Source of the DNA: an uncultured Thermoleophilia bacterium
Lineage (GTDB): Bacteria > Actinomycetota > Thermoleophilia > UBA2241
Length of the DNA stretch: 64,000 nucleotides
NCBI GenBank assembly: GCA_963739595.1
Contig: CAVUBA010000005.1
Span: 24,631-88,630 of the forward strand
Direction: 5' to 3'
Below, piece by piece: positions 42,795 through 53,352 of this stretch; within the stretch, counting starts at the first letter, position 1; each line of letters begins with the position of its first letter. The notes under the pieces are model-generated. The model worked only from the letters and a program-made list of their open reading frames with translations, made no database searches and was not told where the DNA came from. A program made the translations under genes and the position numbers.

Positions 42795-43739
42795 CTACGC
42801 GCAGACCGGCGCGAAGTTGCACGTGCGGCAGAGTCCGCTCTCGAAGCGCTCGAAGGCCGCCATCTCGAGCGGGATGTTCTGCTCCGGGTCGGCCAGCAGC
42901 GCGCGCATCTGGGCGACGCCGACGCGCACGGTCTCGGCGGCCTGCTCGCGGAAGCCGGCGACGGCCTCGACCGGGTGGGACTGGCCCGCGGCCACGTACT
43001 CCAGGTGGCCGCGGATCTCGAGGCTGCCGTCCGCGGCCGCCTGCGCCAGCTCGGGATAGGTCTCGAGGGCCCACCACATCTGCAACAGGACCTGCGTCGT
43101 CTGAGTATCGTCCGCGCGGCCGGTCTTCCAGTCGATGACGTGCAGGGCGCCCTCGTGGACGTACGCGAGGTCGGGCGCCGCGAACACCTTCACGCCGCCG
43201 TGAGGGAAGCTCGCGAAGTCCGGCACCTCGACCTGCCCGGCGTCGCCGCACGCGCGCAGCCGCTCCCAGTGGGAGGTCGCCAGCAGGCCCTGCATGCTCG
43301 GGCCTGCCTTCTGGTTCAGACGGTCGGTCTCGGCCAGCGTGTCCTGGTCCATGTAGAGAGAGCGGAGCATGGTGACCCTGTTCGGGCGGGCCTCGAAGGC
43401 GGCCCGGCCGGACTTGGAGCGCGTCCACAGCTGCCGCAGGGCATCACGCGTCCGCGTCTCGAGCTCGTCCGCCTCGGGCAGCACCGCGCCGGTGCGGGCG
43501 GCCGCCTCGAGCTCCCGCGCCCGCACGTCGACCTGTTGTCCGAGCAGCGCGTCGAGCGAGGTGAGCTTGCCCAGGCGGTACGCCACGCGCGTCTCTGTGG
43601 GCGCGGCGTCCAGCCAGCCGTTCCAACCGAGGTAGTACGTGTAGAAGTACGCGCGCGGGCACTGGTCGAGCTTGCGCTGCCGGCTGATCGACCAGGCGAA
43701 CTCCGGGTAGGGCTTGATCTCGAACGTCATCACGCGCAC
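42795..43739 (-). CDS. PD-(D/E)XK nuclease, Cas4/RecB-like, with a 4-Cys cluster
   Basis: N-terminal Cys (QCPRAYFY), core ...DLAYVHEGALHVIDWKTG..., C-terminal CRTCNFAPVC. Possible starts are GTG 43739, GTG 43733 or ATG 43730, downstream of GGAGG. TAG stop. Confidence 0.75.
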   Translation of the reverse strand: MRVMTFEIKPYPEFAWSISRQRKLDQCPRAYFYTYYLGWNGWLDAAPTETRVAYRLGKLTSLDALLGQQVDVRARELEAAARTGAVLPEADELETRTRDALRQLWTRSKSGRAAFEARPNRVTMLRSLYMDQDTLAETDRLNQKAGPSMQGLLATSHWERLRACGDAGQVEVPDFASFPHGGVKVFAAPDLAYVHEGALHVIDWKTGRADDTQTTQVLLQMWWALETYPELAQAAADGSLEIRGHLEYVAAGQSHPVEAVAGFREQAAETVRVGVAQMRALLADPEQNIPLEMAAFERFESGLCRTCNFAPVCA

Positions 43740-44217
43740 ACCTCCTCGGGCCTCTCAGTCTCCGCCTCTTCGGGGACCGGGGCCAGCGCCTCGATCCACT
43801 CCATGTCCGGCCAGATGGTGTCGGCGGCCAGACCGGTCGGCAGGGAGACGACCCGCGTCACCCTGTCTGCAGGGAAGAGCTGTAGAGCCAAAGGCACCTC
43901 GGGTGGTTGACTGCGCGGGCGCGAGAGCCGGCTCGCAGGGCGCACCCGGCGCCGCGAGCCAGTCGGTGATGGATACGTGAGTGTAGGGGATGGGTCGGAC
44001 GGACGAAACGGGCCGACGATGCTCGGCTCGGCTCCGGCCGCGACCTTGACCGCGCGCACCGTTGGGTCGCTGCCGTCCAGGCGCCCGAGAGTGAACCGGG
44101 CGGGCGTCTTGCGCAAGATACCGGACTTCTTCGGCGTGTCGCCGACGCCGCCGCCGGAAGCGCAAGCAGCAGGATGCTCGCCGAGAGCGCGAACGCGGTC
44201 GTGACCCTGATCCTCAT
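43730..44217 (-). CDS. hypothetical secreted protein (frame break near 44130; weak call)
   Basis: ATG 44217 with a signal-like MRIRVTTAFALSASILLLALPAAASA. The remainder is only readable in the frame of ORF 43730..44116, and its stop overlaps the nuclease start region. Low-complexity stretches make the reconstruction uncertain. Confidence 0.3.
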
Positions 44218-44288
44218 GGCCTCTCCCTGGGCCACCGATTGACCCGAGTGTACGCCCGCGCGCTGCCGATCACAGGTAGGATGCAGTC

Positions 44289-45007
44289 ATGGACACAGAC
44301 ATGGGACTGACACAGTCCGGCGACGAGCCGGCGCAAGACGGCGACGAGACGGCTCTGATCGACGCCGGCGCCCCGCAGCCCGAGGCCCCGCAACCGATCG
44401 ACGACGCGCCCAAGGGACCGCCGTGGGAAGAGCGCGACGCCTGGATGGCTCTCGACGACCTCGACGCCTCGCCAATGCTCGTGCCGGCGAGCGAGTGGCC
44501 GGCCGGCGCAGGAGGCCTGGACGCGACCGGGGCTCTTCGCTCTGTGGGTCGACGAGACCGGGGCCACCGAGCTCTCCCGTGGCCTCGAACTGCCGCTCGA
44601 GGCCGGGCGAATCTACGTGGGGCAGGCCGGAGCCACGAAGTGGCCCATCCGGCCGCGCCAACACCGACACGCTCGGCGACCGCATCGCCCGGACCCATCT
44701 GACGGGCAAGGTCCGCAGCTCCAACGTCCGCCTCACCCTTGCGGCCATCCTCTTCGCCCAACTCCAACTCGTCGTGCAGGCGTCCGCGCTGCTGCAGGCC
44801 TCAGCCGAGCAGGCCCTGAGCGACTGGATGAGCGCGCACCTCTCCGTGGCCGTGCATCCGCACGACGACCGCGACACCCTCGCCGGCCTCGAGCAGGCCG
44901 TCGCCCAGCGCCTCGATCCGCCGCTGAACATCGAGGAGCACCTTCCGCTGACACCGGAGCGCGAGCGCGTCGTCGCCTTGCGCAGGAGGATCAGCCGGGA
45001 GGGCTGA
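44289..45007 (+). pseudogene. GIY-YIG-superfamily-like protein, about 2 frame breaks
   Basis: An acidic N-terminus (frame of ORF 44289) is followed by RPGLFALWVDETG...GRIYVGQAGATK (frame of ORF 44617), then ...DTLGDRIARTHL...LEQAVAQRLDPPLNIEE (frame of ORF 44423). The GxF/Y...YVG...R...E..PLN spacing resembles GIY-YIG. Confidence 0.4.
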
Positions 45008-45037
45008 GACCGTCGCCTGCGGAGCGGGCGGCGCCTT

Positions 45038-46075
45038 CTACAGCAGAGCGGCCGGCGGCGTGGACCGGGAGCCGTTCTGCGCCAGCTTGAACGACGTCCT
45101 CGAGTAGGCGAAGAGGATGATGCAGACGACCACGAACGCCCCAAGGGCCAGCCACTGCCCTGTTGCGCCTCGGGCCACGAGGATGAGCCCCGTTGCGACC
45201 TCTCCGATCACGGCCAGCATGACCAGCCAGCCGGCCACCATCAGCCCACGGTAGGTCGGCTTGTCGTCCTTGCACATCGCCTGGTAGACCAAGCCGGCCA
45301 CCGCGATCACGCTGAGATACAGGAGGCTGAACCCCGTGAACACGCCGGTGGAACGGCCCGGCACCACCTCGGACAGGAATCCCGACGCGTCGAGCACGGT
45401 GGCGAGGAACGCGCCCAGGGCGACGATGTTCGTCGCCCAGCTGTCCTGGAAGCTCCATGTCGCGCGCTTCGACAGCTGGTTCTTGCTGATGCGCTCGTCG
45501 TGTGTGAACGTCGGGCGAACGCCGAGCATGATGAAGAAGGCGATGATGGCGGCCAGTACGAGAACCCCCGCCAGGGCCTGTGCCGAGATCGCGTCCACGA
45601 CCCGGAACGGAACCGTGACCGGTGGGCCCGAGGAGGGGCGGAGGACCACCCAGCCCGCGGTGGCATCGGTCTCGTCCCAAGTGAAGGAGAGAGCCTGCTG
45701 GCTGGGCTCATTGGCAGGCACGTTGATGGTTTGGCCCGCGGTCGTCGTTGGATCGGTCCCCCAGACGATCGACACCGTGCCGTCGGGGGAGTAGCCGCTG
45801 AGGTGGATGTCGTTCGCCGGTTGCTCGCCGGCGTTTGTGAGGAGCACATGGCCTACGGCTGGGCCGCTGGTCGATGGGATGTCCCACACGTTGCGAGTGC
45901 GCACCTCCAGGCTGATGGGGTCGGGGGTGGCAGCCAACGCCGGCGTCGAGGACGTCGTCGGTGTGGGGGACGGCGTCGCCGCCGGGGACGACTCCGCCCA
46001 GGCCGGTGGCGACAGCGCGCACGCAGACGCAATCGCGAGGACGAGGATCGTGACGAGACCCACTGGATACCGCAT
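45038..46075 (-). CDS. membrane protein with secreted N-terminal domain
   Basis: ATG 46075 immediately follows GGGAGGGGAGC. Signal peptide, Ser/Thr/Pro-rich linker, a beta-rich-looking domain, then about 5 TM helices. Intact. Confidence 0.6.
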   Translation of the reverse strand: MRYPVGLVTILVLAIASACALSPPAWAESSPAATPSPTPTTSSTPALAATPDPISLEVRTRNVWDIPSTSGPAVGHVLLTNAGEQPANDIHLSGYSPDGTVSIVWGTDPTTTAGQTINVPANEPSQQALSFTWDETDATAGWVVLRPSSGPPVTVPFRVVDAISAQALAGVLVLAAIIAFFIMLGVRPTFTHDERISKNQLSKRATWSFQDSWATNIVALGAFLATVLDASGFLSEVVPGRSTGVFTGFSLLYLSVIAVAGLVYQAMCKDDKPTYRGLMVAGWLVMLAVIGEVATGLILVARGATGQWLALGAFVVVCIILFAYSRTSFKLAQNGSRSTPPAALL

Positions 46076-46440
46076 GCTCCCCTCCCAAAGACGCTCACGG
46101 CCGGCCGACGCGTCCACCATTACGAAGGACGTCGTCCTAGTCAATACCTAGAAAGACTGAAGCGCGCCGGCGCCCTCCTCTCATCACGCGTACTTGGCCT
46201 GGACGCCGGCGCGCAGGTCGCCGACCAGCCCCGCGAGCGCCGCGATCTCGTCGCGCCCCGCTTGGTTCGTTCACTACGGGCACGTGCGCGACGGTCGAGC
46301 GTTCGGCTGACGGCTGCTCTGTGCATCGGCCTCCGGGCTGCGCGGGCCCTGATGGGCGGGGACATCGGTCGATGGTTTTGCATCCGGGTCCCCGGGCACC
46401 CATCTACCACGACAACGACTGACGGCACCAGGGGGACCCC

Positions 46441-47322
46441 GTGGATACCACGCGCATCGATCTAAGGGCGGAGCAGCAGGCCACCTTGGCCAGACCGCGC
46501 TACGACTACTCGTCCGTGACCCGGGCGATGGTCCGCGGCATGGACAGGATCGCCGGCGAAGAGGACACCGTGTTCAAGGCACGGATCGTCGAGACCCTCG
46601 CGCCGATCCCGTACCGGGCGTGGGAGAACCGCGAGTACGGCCGGCTCTCCCGGCACTTCGGCGACGACGCGCTGGTGCGCGAGGCCGATGCCGTGCTGCG
46701 CTGGGGGAGGGAGGCGCAGGACACCGAGTACCAGCACCTGCGCGTCATCGGCGCCAAGCTCAGAGAGGACGGGGAGCGTGGCCCACGCCGCCTCTCCCGT
46801 CCGGTACCCGACCTGATGGCCGGGTCGTGGGCGCTCGCGTCGCGCACGCTGGCGCGAGCGTCGATGCGCCGCTCGTTCCTCCTGAACGCCGAGGCCGAGG
46901 ACCACGCCGAGCACTACTACGCCGAGCTGGTCCAGGCGCATCCGGAGTGGGAGGACATGCCCGTGACCAGCGACGTGGTGCGCGGCTACGGGGAGTTCCG
47001 CTGCTGGGCCGACGTCTTCCGCCGCATCGGCCTCGACGAGCGCGACCACCGCAACGCGAGCTTCGCGTTCGCCGGCATGCCCGAGTTCGTCGCGCCCTAC
47101 GAGGGCATGCCGGAGACGCCGGGGCTGGACGCAGTTGGCGGCCTGAACGTCACCCCGGCGGTCCCGGCCGTGGCGGCGGGCGAAGGCAGGGCGGCGCGGC
47201 GGGCGAACGCTGGCCCCGCCCGCCGCGTCTCGCAGACGAGTAGACTGGACTCCCGACGTCCCGCGCGACGTGTCGCTCGGCGTCTCAGGCCAGACGCCCG
47301 CACGGAGGATCGCCCGCGTTGA
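46441..47322 (+). CDS. alternative-oxidase-like di-iron carboxylate protein
   Basis: Four-helix di-iron pattern resembling AOX/PTOX: ...IVETLAPIPY..., ...EAQDTEYQHL..., ...LNAEAEDHAEHYY..., ...DERDHRN... The TGA stop overlaps the next TTG start (TTGA). Confidence 0.6.
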   Translation: MDTTRIDLRAEQQATLARPRYDYSSVTRAMVRGMDRIAGEEDTVFKARIVETLAPIPYRAWENREYGRLSRHFGDDALVREADAVLRWGREAQDTEYQHLRVIGAKLREDGERGPRRLSRPVPDLMAGSWALASRTLARASMRRSFLLNAEAEDHAEHYYAELVQAHPEWEDMPVTSDVVRGYGEFRCWADVFRRIGLDERDHRNASFAFAGMPEFVAPYEGMPETPGLDAVGGLNVTPAVPAVAAGEGRAARRANAGPARRVSQTSRLDSRRPARRVARRLRPDARTEDRPR

Positions 47323-48315
47323 CTCGTAACTTCCGCCGCACCCATCCCCTGGCAGCACTCGTCACGGCCGGCGCGCTCGCCCTCGCGGCGCTCGCCGGCG
47401 TCTCAGCGGTCGCGGCGGCGTCGGCGTCCGCCGGCCCGTACGTCAATCCCTCGCCGGCCGACATCCGCGCCAAGTTGAGCGCCGTAGCCGTCGCGCACGG
47501 CATCCCGCCCAGGATCCTCTATGCCATCGCCTACCAGGAGAGCACCTGGCGCCAGTACGACGCCAACGGCGACCCGCTCATCAGCAACGACGGCGGCATC
47601 GGCATCATGCAAGTGACCACGGCCCCACCTGGCGTCGACGTCGCGCGCCTCGAGACCGACATCGACTACAACATCGGGGTGGGCGCCGACATCCTCGTCG
47701 CCAAGTGGGGGTACGCGCCGTCGGTCTTCGCGGTGATCGGCGACGGGAACCAGCGCTGCTACGAGGACTGGTTCTTCGCGGTGTGGGCCTACAACGGCCT
47801 GAAGGCGGACAACCCGTATCCGTACCAGGTCTGGGACCACATCAGGGACGGCCGCGGTCTCTGGACCGGTCTCGCCGTGACCCCGCTGCCGGCGGCGTGG
47901 CTGGTCGACGGCCTCCCGCCGAACGTCGGGACCCGTCGCGACGCCGCAGCCCGAGCACTGGTGGAGTCCCACGCCGCTGCCCAAGCCCGTGCTGAGCGCG
48001 CCGCGCGCACCGAAGAGGGTCGCGGTCGGCGCCCGGTTCACCGTCTCCGGTACGCTCTCGCCGAAGCATCCGGCCGGCGCGCACTCGGTGGAGCTGCGCC
48101 TCTCGCGCTGGAACGGGTCCAGCTGGGTGCTGCGCCGCACGGTGCTGACGACGAACCGCGATTCCGGCGACACCACCCGCTGGGCGGCCGCCTTCGCGCT
48201 CGGCAAGACCGGCCGCTGGAAGATCGTCGCCGCGGCGCTCGCCGACATCGACCACGCCGCCGTCACGTCGACCCCGGCCTACGTCACCGTCCTCGGCCTG
48301 GGTCGCATCTCGTGA
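47319..48315 (+). CDS. secreted lytic transglycosylase (SLT domain) with C-terminal Ig-like region (frame break near 47932)
   Basis: Signal peptide, then ...LYAIAYQESTWRQ...GGIGIMQV... The C-terminal part (PVATPQPEHWWSPTP...RFTVSGTLSPKHPAG...) is in the frame of ORF 47989..48315. Confidence 0.75.
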
Positions 48316-48781
48316 GCGCGGAGCACCAGCTACCACGGAAGAAGGCGAAGGGGTCGGAGGACGACTTCGCCTCCTACGCCTGGCGGCTGATCGGGACGCT
48401 CCGGACGGCGGCCGGCTGGCTCGACCTGACGGCCGGCCGCCTCCGCTTCTCCACGGTCGCGGAGGTCGTGTTCGACGTCCCGCTCGCCGAGGTCACCGAC
48501 ATCATCTGGCCCTGGTACTACTTCGGTGGCGGCGTGAAGCTGTCGGTCGAAGGCACGCAGTACCGTTTCTCGTTCGTGCTCCCCAACGGGGCCGAGTACC
48601 CGACGGCGCGGCAGGCGGCCGAGGTCGGCGATCCGGCCGCACTGGCGATCGTGTGGCAGAAGGCGGACGACATCGGCGCCGGGCGCAACGTGGGCAAGGA
48701 GTGGCGGCGGCGGCTCGATGCCGCCGCCACCGCCCGCCGGCCCTGCCGGCGATCTCCGCGCCCGGGCCCGCCTCTGGCTGA
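48312..48781 (+). CDS. hypothetical protein (3' end uncertain)
   Basis: GTG 48312 overlaps the upstream TGA (GTGA). Protein-like sequence runs to about 48700 (...LDLTAGRLRFSTVAEVVFDVPLAEVTDIIWPWYYFGGGVKLSVEGTQYRFSF...). The long ORF-track continuation to 49403 is antisense to the next gene. Confidence 0.35.
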
Positions 48782-48782
48782 G

Positions 48783-49413
48783 TCAGCGTGCGGCGAGGTC
48801 CTCGAGGTCGCCAACCGTCAGGCGCTGCGACCTCACCTGCTGGTGGCCGGTGCGGACCCTGCCCTCGCGCTCGATCGGCAGGAGGAAGAACCCGTCCATG
48901 ATCTCCTGGAGGCGCTCCACCCACGGCCCCTCGTCGCCGCGCGGGATCACGAGGAGCGACGAGAAGGTCTGCTCGGGCGTGTACAGCATGCCGAGCAGCT
49001 GGAGTGGCGCCGCCGGGTCGACGGCGGGCGGCTCCAGCACCGCCAGCTGCAGTACCGGGAACCCACGCCAGTACACGGCGGTGGTCTCGAGCTCCTCGGC
49101 GCCGGAGCGCTGCATGAAGGCGCGCGCCTCGCGACGCGTGATCTGGTCCCACTCCCACCTGCCCAGGACCCCGGGCTCCAGCCGCTCGCGGTCTGTGGTC
49201 AGCAGGAGGCTGGGGGCGAGGCCGCGGGCGATGCCGTCGATGTCCGTGTCACGGGTCGTGAACAGGACCTCGGCGGCGATCTTCGTCGGGATGAGCGCGC
49301 TCCACGCGGCGCGCAGCCGCAGGTCGGCGGCGTCGTCGGTCTGGGTGATCAGTTCGTCGTCGTAGGTGACGCCGAAGCCGAGAGTTCGGATTGGTGTAGG
49401 TGACCATGGCCAT
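48783..49413 (-). CDS. hypothetical protein (frame break near 49380)
   Basis: ATG 49413 (MAMVTYTNPNS), then after one indel GFGVTYDDELITQTDDAADLRLRAAWSALIPTKIAAEVLFTTRDTDIDGIARG... is continuous with ORF 48783..49115. Confidence 0.5.
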
Positions 49414-49583
49414 GGTGCGTTCCAGTCTGCGGCGGGGACTCAGCATACTTGAGACGGCGCTCGGCCGCTCCGCGTTCGCCGGCTGGACGGAGGTACCTCG
49501 GCCCGACGCGTACCACGACTTCACGGTCAGGGAGAAGCCTACGCTCGCACCCGTCGCCGCGGCGTTGGGATACGCTTGAGGGC

Positions 49584-50390
49584 GTGCGGATCGCTCTGTT
49601 CATCACGTGTGTCGCCGACACGCTGTTCCCGGAGACGGGCGTCGCCATCGTGCGCGTGCTCGAGCGGCTGGGGCACGAGGTCGTCTTCCCGGCCGGGCAG
49701 ACGTGCTGCGGGCAGATGCACGTCAACAGCGGCTACCGTGACGATGCGCTGCGCCTGGCGCGGCGGTTCGTCGATGAGATGAGCCGTGACGGCGGCGTGG
49801 ACGCGGTCGTCTCGCCGTCGTCGTCGTGCGTGGGCTGGGTCCGCGAGCTGCTGCCGGGGGTGGCGCGCGAGGCCGGGGATGAGCGACTCGCGCGCGACGC
49901 CGAGGCGCTCGGCGCCAGGCTCTTCGAACTCTCCGAGTTCCTCGTCCGCCGCCTCGGCGTGGAAGACGTCGGCGCCGCGTATGCGCGGCGCGTCACGCTG
50001 CACCCCACGTGCCACTCGCAGCGCGTGACGCGCATCGGCGACGCGCCGCTGCGCCTGCTCGCGCAGGTGCGCGGGCTCGAGCTGCTGGAACTGCCGGAGG
50101 CCGCCGAGTGTTGCGGCTTCGGCGGCACGTTCTCGATCAAGAACGCGGATGTCTCGCTGGCCATGCTCGCCGACAAGTGCGCGAACATCCTGGCCACGGG
50201 CGCCGAGGTCGTGACCGCCGTCGATCCCTCCTGCCTGCTGCACATCGGCGGCGGGCTGAGCCGGCTGGCGCCGCCGGCGCCCGTCGGCGGCCCGTCGGTC
50301 CGCGCCGTGCACCTGGCGCAGATCCTGGCGGCGGAGGAGCCGCCGGCGGCGATCCGGCCGCGGCCGACAGGCGCGGAGACGGCTTCGTGA
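49584..50390 (+). CDS. lutA: L-lactate utilisation protein LutA ((Fe-S)-binding, CCG domains)
   Basis: GTG 49584. VRIALFITCVADTLFPETGVAIVRVLERLGHEVVFPAGQTCCGQ... plus a second CCG repeat (...CHSQR..., ...ECCGFGGTF...). Confidence 0.85.
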   Translation: MRIALFITCVADTLFPETGVAIVRVLERLGHEVVFPAGQTCCGQMHVNSGYRDDALRLARRFVDEMSRDGGVDAVVSPSSSCVGWVRELLPGVAREAGDERLARDAEALGARLFELSEFLVRRLGVEDVGAAYARRVTLHPTCHSQRVTRIGDAPLRLLAQVRGLELLELPEAAECCGFGGTFSIKNADVSLAMLADKCANILATGAEVVTAVDPSCLLHIGGGLSRLAPPAPVGGPSVRAVHLAQILAAEEPPAAIRPRPTGAETAS

Positions 50391-51881
50391 GCCGCGCCCA
50401 CTCGCACGACTTCCCGGCCGCGGCTCGCGAGGCGCTCGCCGACGCACAGCTGCGCGCCAACTTGCGCGGGGCCACGCAGACGATCCGCGCCCGCCGCGCC
50501 GCAGCCATCGCGGAGCTGCCGGACTTCGAGGAGCTCCGCGAGCAGGCGCGGCGCGTCAAGGACGACGCGCTCGACCGGCTCGACGAGCTGCTGGACGAGT
50601 TCCAGGCGGCCGCCGAGGCCGCCGGCGCGCGCGTGCACCGCGCGCCGGACGCGGCCGCCGCCAACGACATCGTCGCCGGCATCGCCCGCGACCACGGCGT
50701 CACTGAGCTCGTCAAGATGAAGTCGCTGGCCACCGACGAGATCGGCCTCGACGCCGCGCTCGCGGCGGCCGGCGTCGAGGCCGTCGAGACCGACCTGGCC
50801 GAGCTCATCGTGCAGCTGGCCGGCGACACTGCATCGCACATCCTGGTGCCGGCCGTCCACTACAGCCGCGGCCAGGTCCGCGACCTCTTCCTGCGCACCA
50901 TCGCGCGCGGGCAGGAGCTCTCCGACGACCCGCACGTGCTCGCCGAGGTCTCCCGCCTCTATCTGCGCGAGCGCTTCCTGCGTGCCGGGATGGGCGTCAC
51001 CGGCGCCAACGTCGGCGTCGCCGAGACCGGCACGGTCTGCGTGGTCGAGAACGAGGGCAACGGTCGCATGTGCACCACGCTGCCGCCGCTGCTGGTCACC
51101 GTCATGGGCATCGAGAAGGTCGTGCCGACGCTGGACGATCTCGCGTTGCTGCTCCGCCTCCTTCCTCGCTCGGCGACCGGCGAGCGCATGAGCTCCTACG
51201 CCTCGCTGCTCACCGGGGTGACGCCGGGCGACGGGCCGCAGGAGTACCACATCGTGCTGCTCGACAACGGCCGGACGAACGCGCTGGCCGACCCCGTCGG
51301 GCGCCAGGCGCTCTGCTGCATCCGCTGCAGCGCCTGCCTCAACGTGTGCCCGGTCTACACGCGCGTGGGCGGGCACGCGTATGGATCGATCTATCCCGGG
51401 CCGATCGGCGCCATCCTGACGCCGCAGCTGTGGGGGATGGAGCGGTACGCCAAGCTGCCGTTCGCGTCGTCGCTCTGCGGAGCCTGCGCCGAGGTCTGCC
51501 CGGTCGGCATCGACATCCCCGAGGTGCTGCTGTCACCTGCGGGCGCGGGCCGTGCGCGAGCAGGCGCCCGCGCCCGAGAAGGCCGCGTTCGGGGTCGCGG
51601 GGTGGGTCTTCGGCTCGCCGCGGCGCTTCGCCGCCGCGCAGAAGGCGGGGAGGGCCGCCGAGCTGCCGCTCGAACGCGGCGGCCTCGTGCGCCGCCTGCC
51701 CGGCCCGTTCGCGGGCTGGACGCAGGGGCGCGACCTGCGCCCGGTGGCGCGCGAGACGTTCCGCGAGTGGTGGGCGCGGGAGCGCGGCGCCGGCCCGGGC
51801 GTGGCCTGCGCGGCGGACGGCGCTTGCGAGAGCGGCCCGGCCGTGGATGACGCTCGCGAGCGTGGGGAGGAGGCGCCGTGA
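50387..51881 (+). CDS. lutB: L-lactate utilisation protein LutB (4Fe-4S, DUF162) (frame break near 51531)
   Basis: GTG overlaps the lutA stop (GTGA). ...GVTGANVGVAETGTVCVVENEGNGR..., CIRCSACLNVCPVY and CGACAEVCPVGIDIP motifs. The tail (HLRARAVREQAPAPEK...) is in the frame of ORF 51552..51881 after an inserted T. Confidence 0.85.
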
Positions 51882-52417
51882 CCGCGGTCGTCGACCTGTT
51901 CGTGGAGCGGCTCCAGCTTCACCACGTCGAGGTCCGCCGCGTCGCCGCGGCTGACGTCGTGACGCAGGTCGCCGCAGTCTGCGCCGAGCGCGGCGTGCGC
52001 AGGCTCGGCGTCCCGCCGGCGCTACCGTCCGAGTGGCGTCCGGCCGGCGTGGACGTGGTCGAGGACCACGAGCTCCCGTCGTCCGAACTTGACGCCCTCG
52101 ACGCCGCGCTCACCGGCTGCACGCTCGCGATCGCGGACACAGGCTCACTCGTGCTCGCCGCCGGCCCTGCCGACGGGCGGCGAGCCCTCTCGCTCGTCCC
52201 GGACATCTACCTCTGCGTCGTCACCGAGGACCAGGTCGAGCCGGACCTGCCGGCGGCGATGCCGCGCATCGCCGGCCTCATCCGTAGAGAGGGCCGGCCG
52301 GTGGTCTTCGTCTCCGGCCCGTCCGCCACGTCCGACATCGAGCTCCAGCGCGTCGAGGGCGTCCACGGCCCGCGGCAGCTCGTCGTGCTGCTGGTCTCCC
52401 CGGCTGACGAGGGCTGA
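51878..52417 (+). CDS. lutC: L-lactate utilisation protein LutC
   Basis: GTG overlaps the lutB stop. Intact 179-aa ORF: ...AIADTGSLVLAAGP...RALSLVPDIYLCVV...FVSGPSATSDIE... Confidence 0.8.
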   Translation: MTAVVDLFVERLQLHHVEVRRVAAADVVTQVAAVCAERGVRRLGVPPALPSEWRPAGVDVVEDHELPSSELDALDAALTGCTLAIADTGSLVLAAGPADGRRALSLVPDIYLCVVTEDQVEPDLPAAMPRIAGLIRREGRPVVFVSGPSATSDIELQRVEGVHGPRQLVVLLVSPADEG

Positions 52418-52490
52418 CGCGGGGCCTCCAAGGGCGTGCGACGCTTGCGCTGCCGGTTGCCCGGCCGCGCTGCCGGGTACCAACCCGCCC

Positions 52491-53115
52491 ATGACCAGCA
52501 ACCGCCTCGAGGCCTTCAGCGACGGCGTCATCGCCATCCTCATCACCATCATGGTGCTGGAGCTCACGATCCCGCACGCCCACCACGACCAGCTCGCCGA
52601 CCTCTGGCACCTGCGCCACATCTTCCTCAGCTACGTGGTCAGCTTCGTCTACCTCGCGATCTACTGGAACAACCACCACCACGTGCTGTACCTGACCGAG
52701 CGCGTCACCGGCGGCGTCCTCTGGGCCAACATGCACCTGCTCTTCTGGCTCTCGCTGGTCCCGTTCGCGACCGGCTGGATGGGGGAGAACAGCTTCGCCT
52801 CCACGCCCGACGGCCGTGTACGGCGTCGTCCTGCTGATGGCGGCCGTCGCGTACTTCATCCTCGTGCGCGCGATCATCCGCAGCCAGGGTACGGATTCCC
52901 TCCTCGCGCAGGCCATCGGCCGCGACCGCAAGGGTAAGCTCTCGGTGGTCTTCTACGCCGCGGCCATCCCGCTGGCACTGGTCGCGCCGTGGGCGTCGCT
53001 GGGCATCTACATGCTGGTCGCCGCCATCTGGCTGGTCCCCGACCGGCGCATCGAGACCGTCGTGCTCGACTGCGAGAACGGGGTCGGCGTGGACTGCCAG
53101 GTCGACGACGGGTGA
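52491..53115 (+). CDS. TMEM175-like (DUF1211) potassium channel family protein (frame break near 52808)
   Basis: MTSNRLEAFSDGVIAILITIMVLEL...YWNNHH... The second half (AVYGVVLLMAAVAYFILVRAI...) is in the frame of ORF 52816..53115, with an extra C in a C-run. Confidence 0.75.
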
Positions 53116-53352
53116 AGGCCCGGGCGGCGCTCAGTCTGCGCCGCGCGCCCTGCCAGCCGGGTCCAGCTCACTCGACACGTCGGCCCGCAGCGGCGCCCCG
53201 CAAGAGGTCAGGTGCTCACTCGGCTCGGGACCGTCGTCGAGTGGCAGAAGTGGACCGTTTCACTCCAGGATGACGCGGGTACCGTCACCGCCAGCAGTGA
53301 AGACACGGGCCGGCGGCGAAGCGTCTCCGGCCTTTCGCGACAAAGGAGCGTC

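Noticed and set aside
46076-46440. The 365-nt divergent intergenic region with a locally AT-richer patch (46141-46165), considered as a possible mobile-element end or ncRNA.
   Set aside because: No repeats, no ORF with homology and no structured motif were recognised. It most likely holds divergent promoters.
47319-49403. A 694-aa plus-strand ORF presented as one gene. Similar cases are 26095..28293 (732 aa) and 50009..51850 (613 aa).
   Set aside because: Each contains a genuine gene or two followed by read-through noise antisense to, or out of frame with, the neighbouring gene. The genuine genes were called separately.
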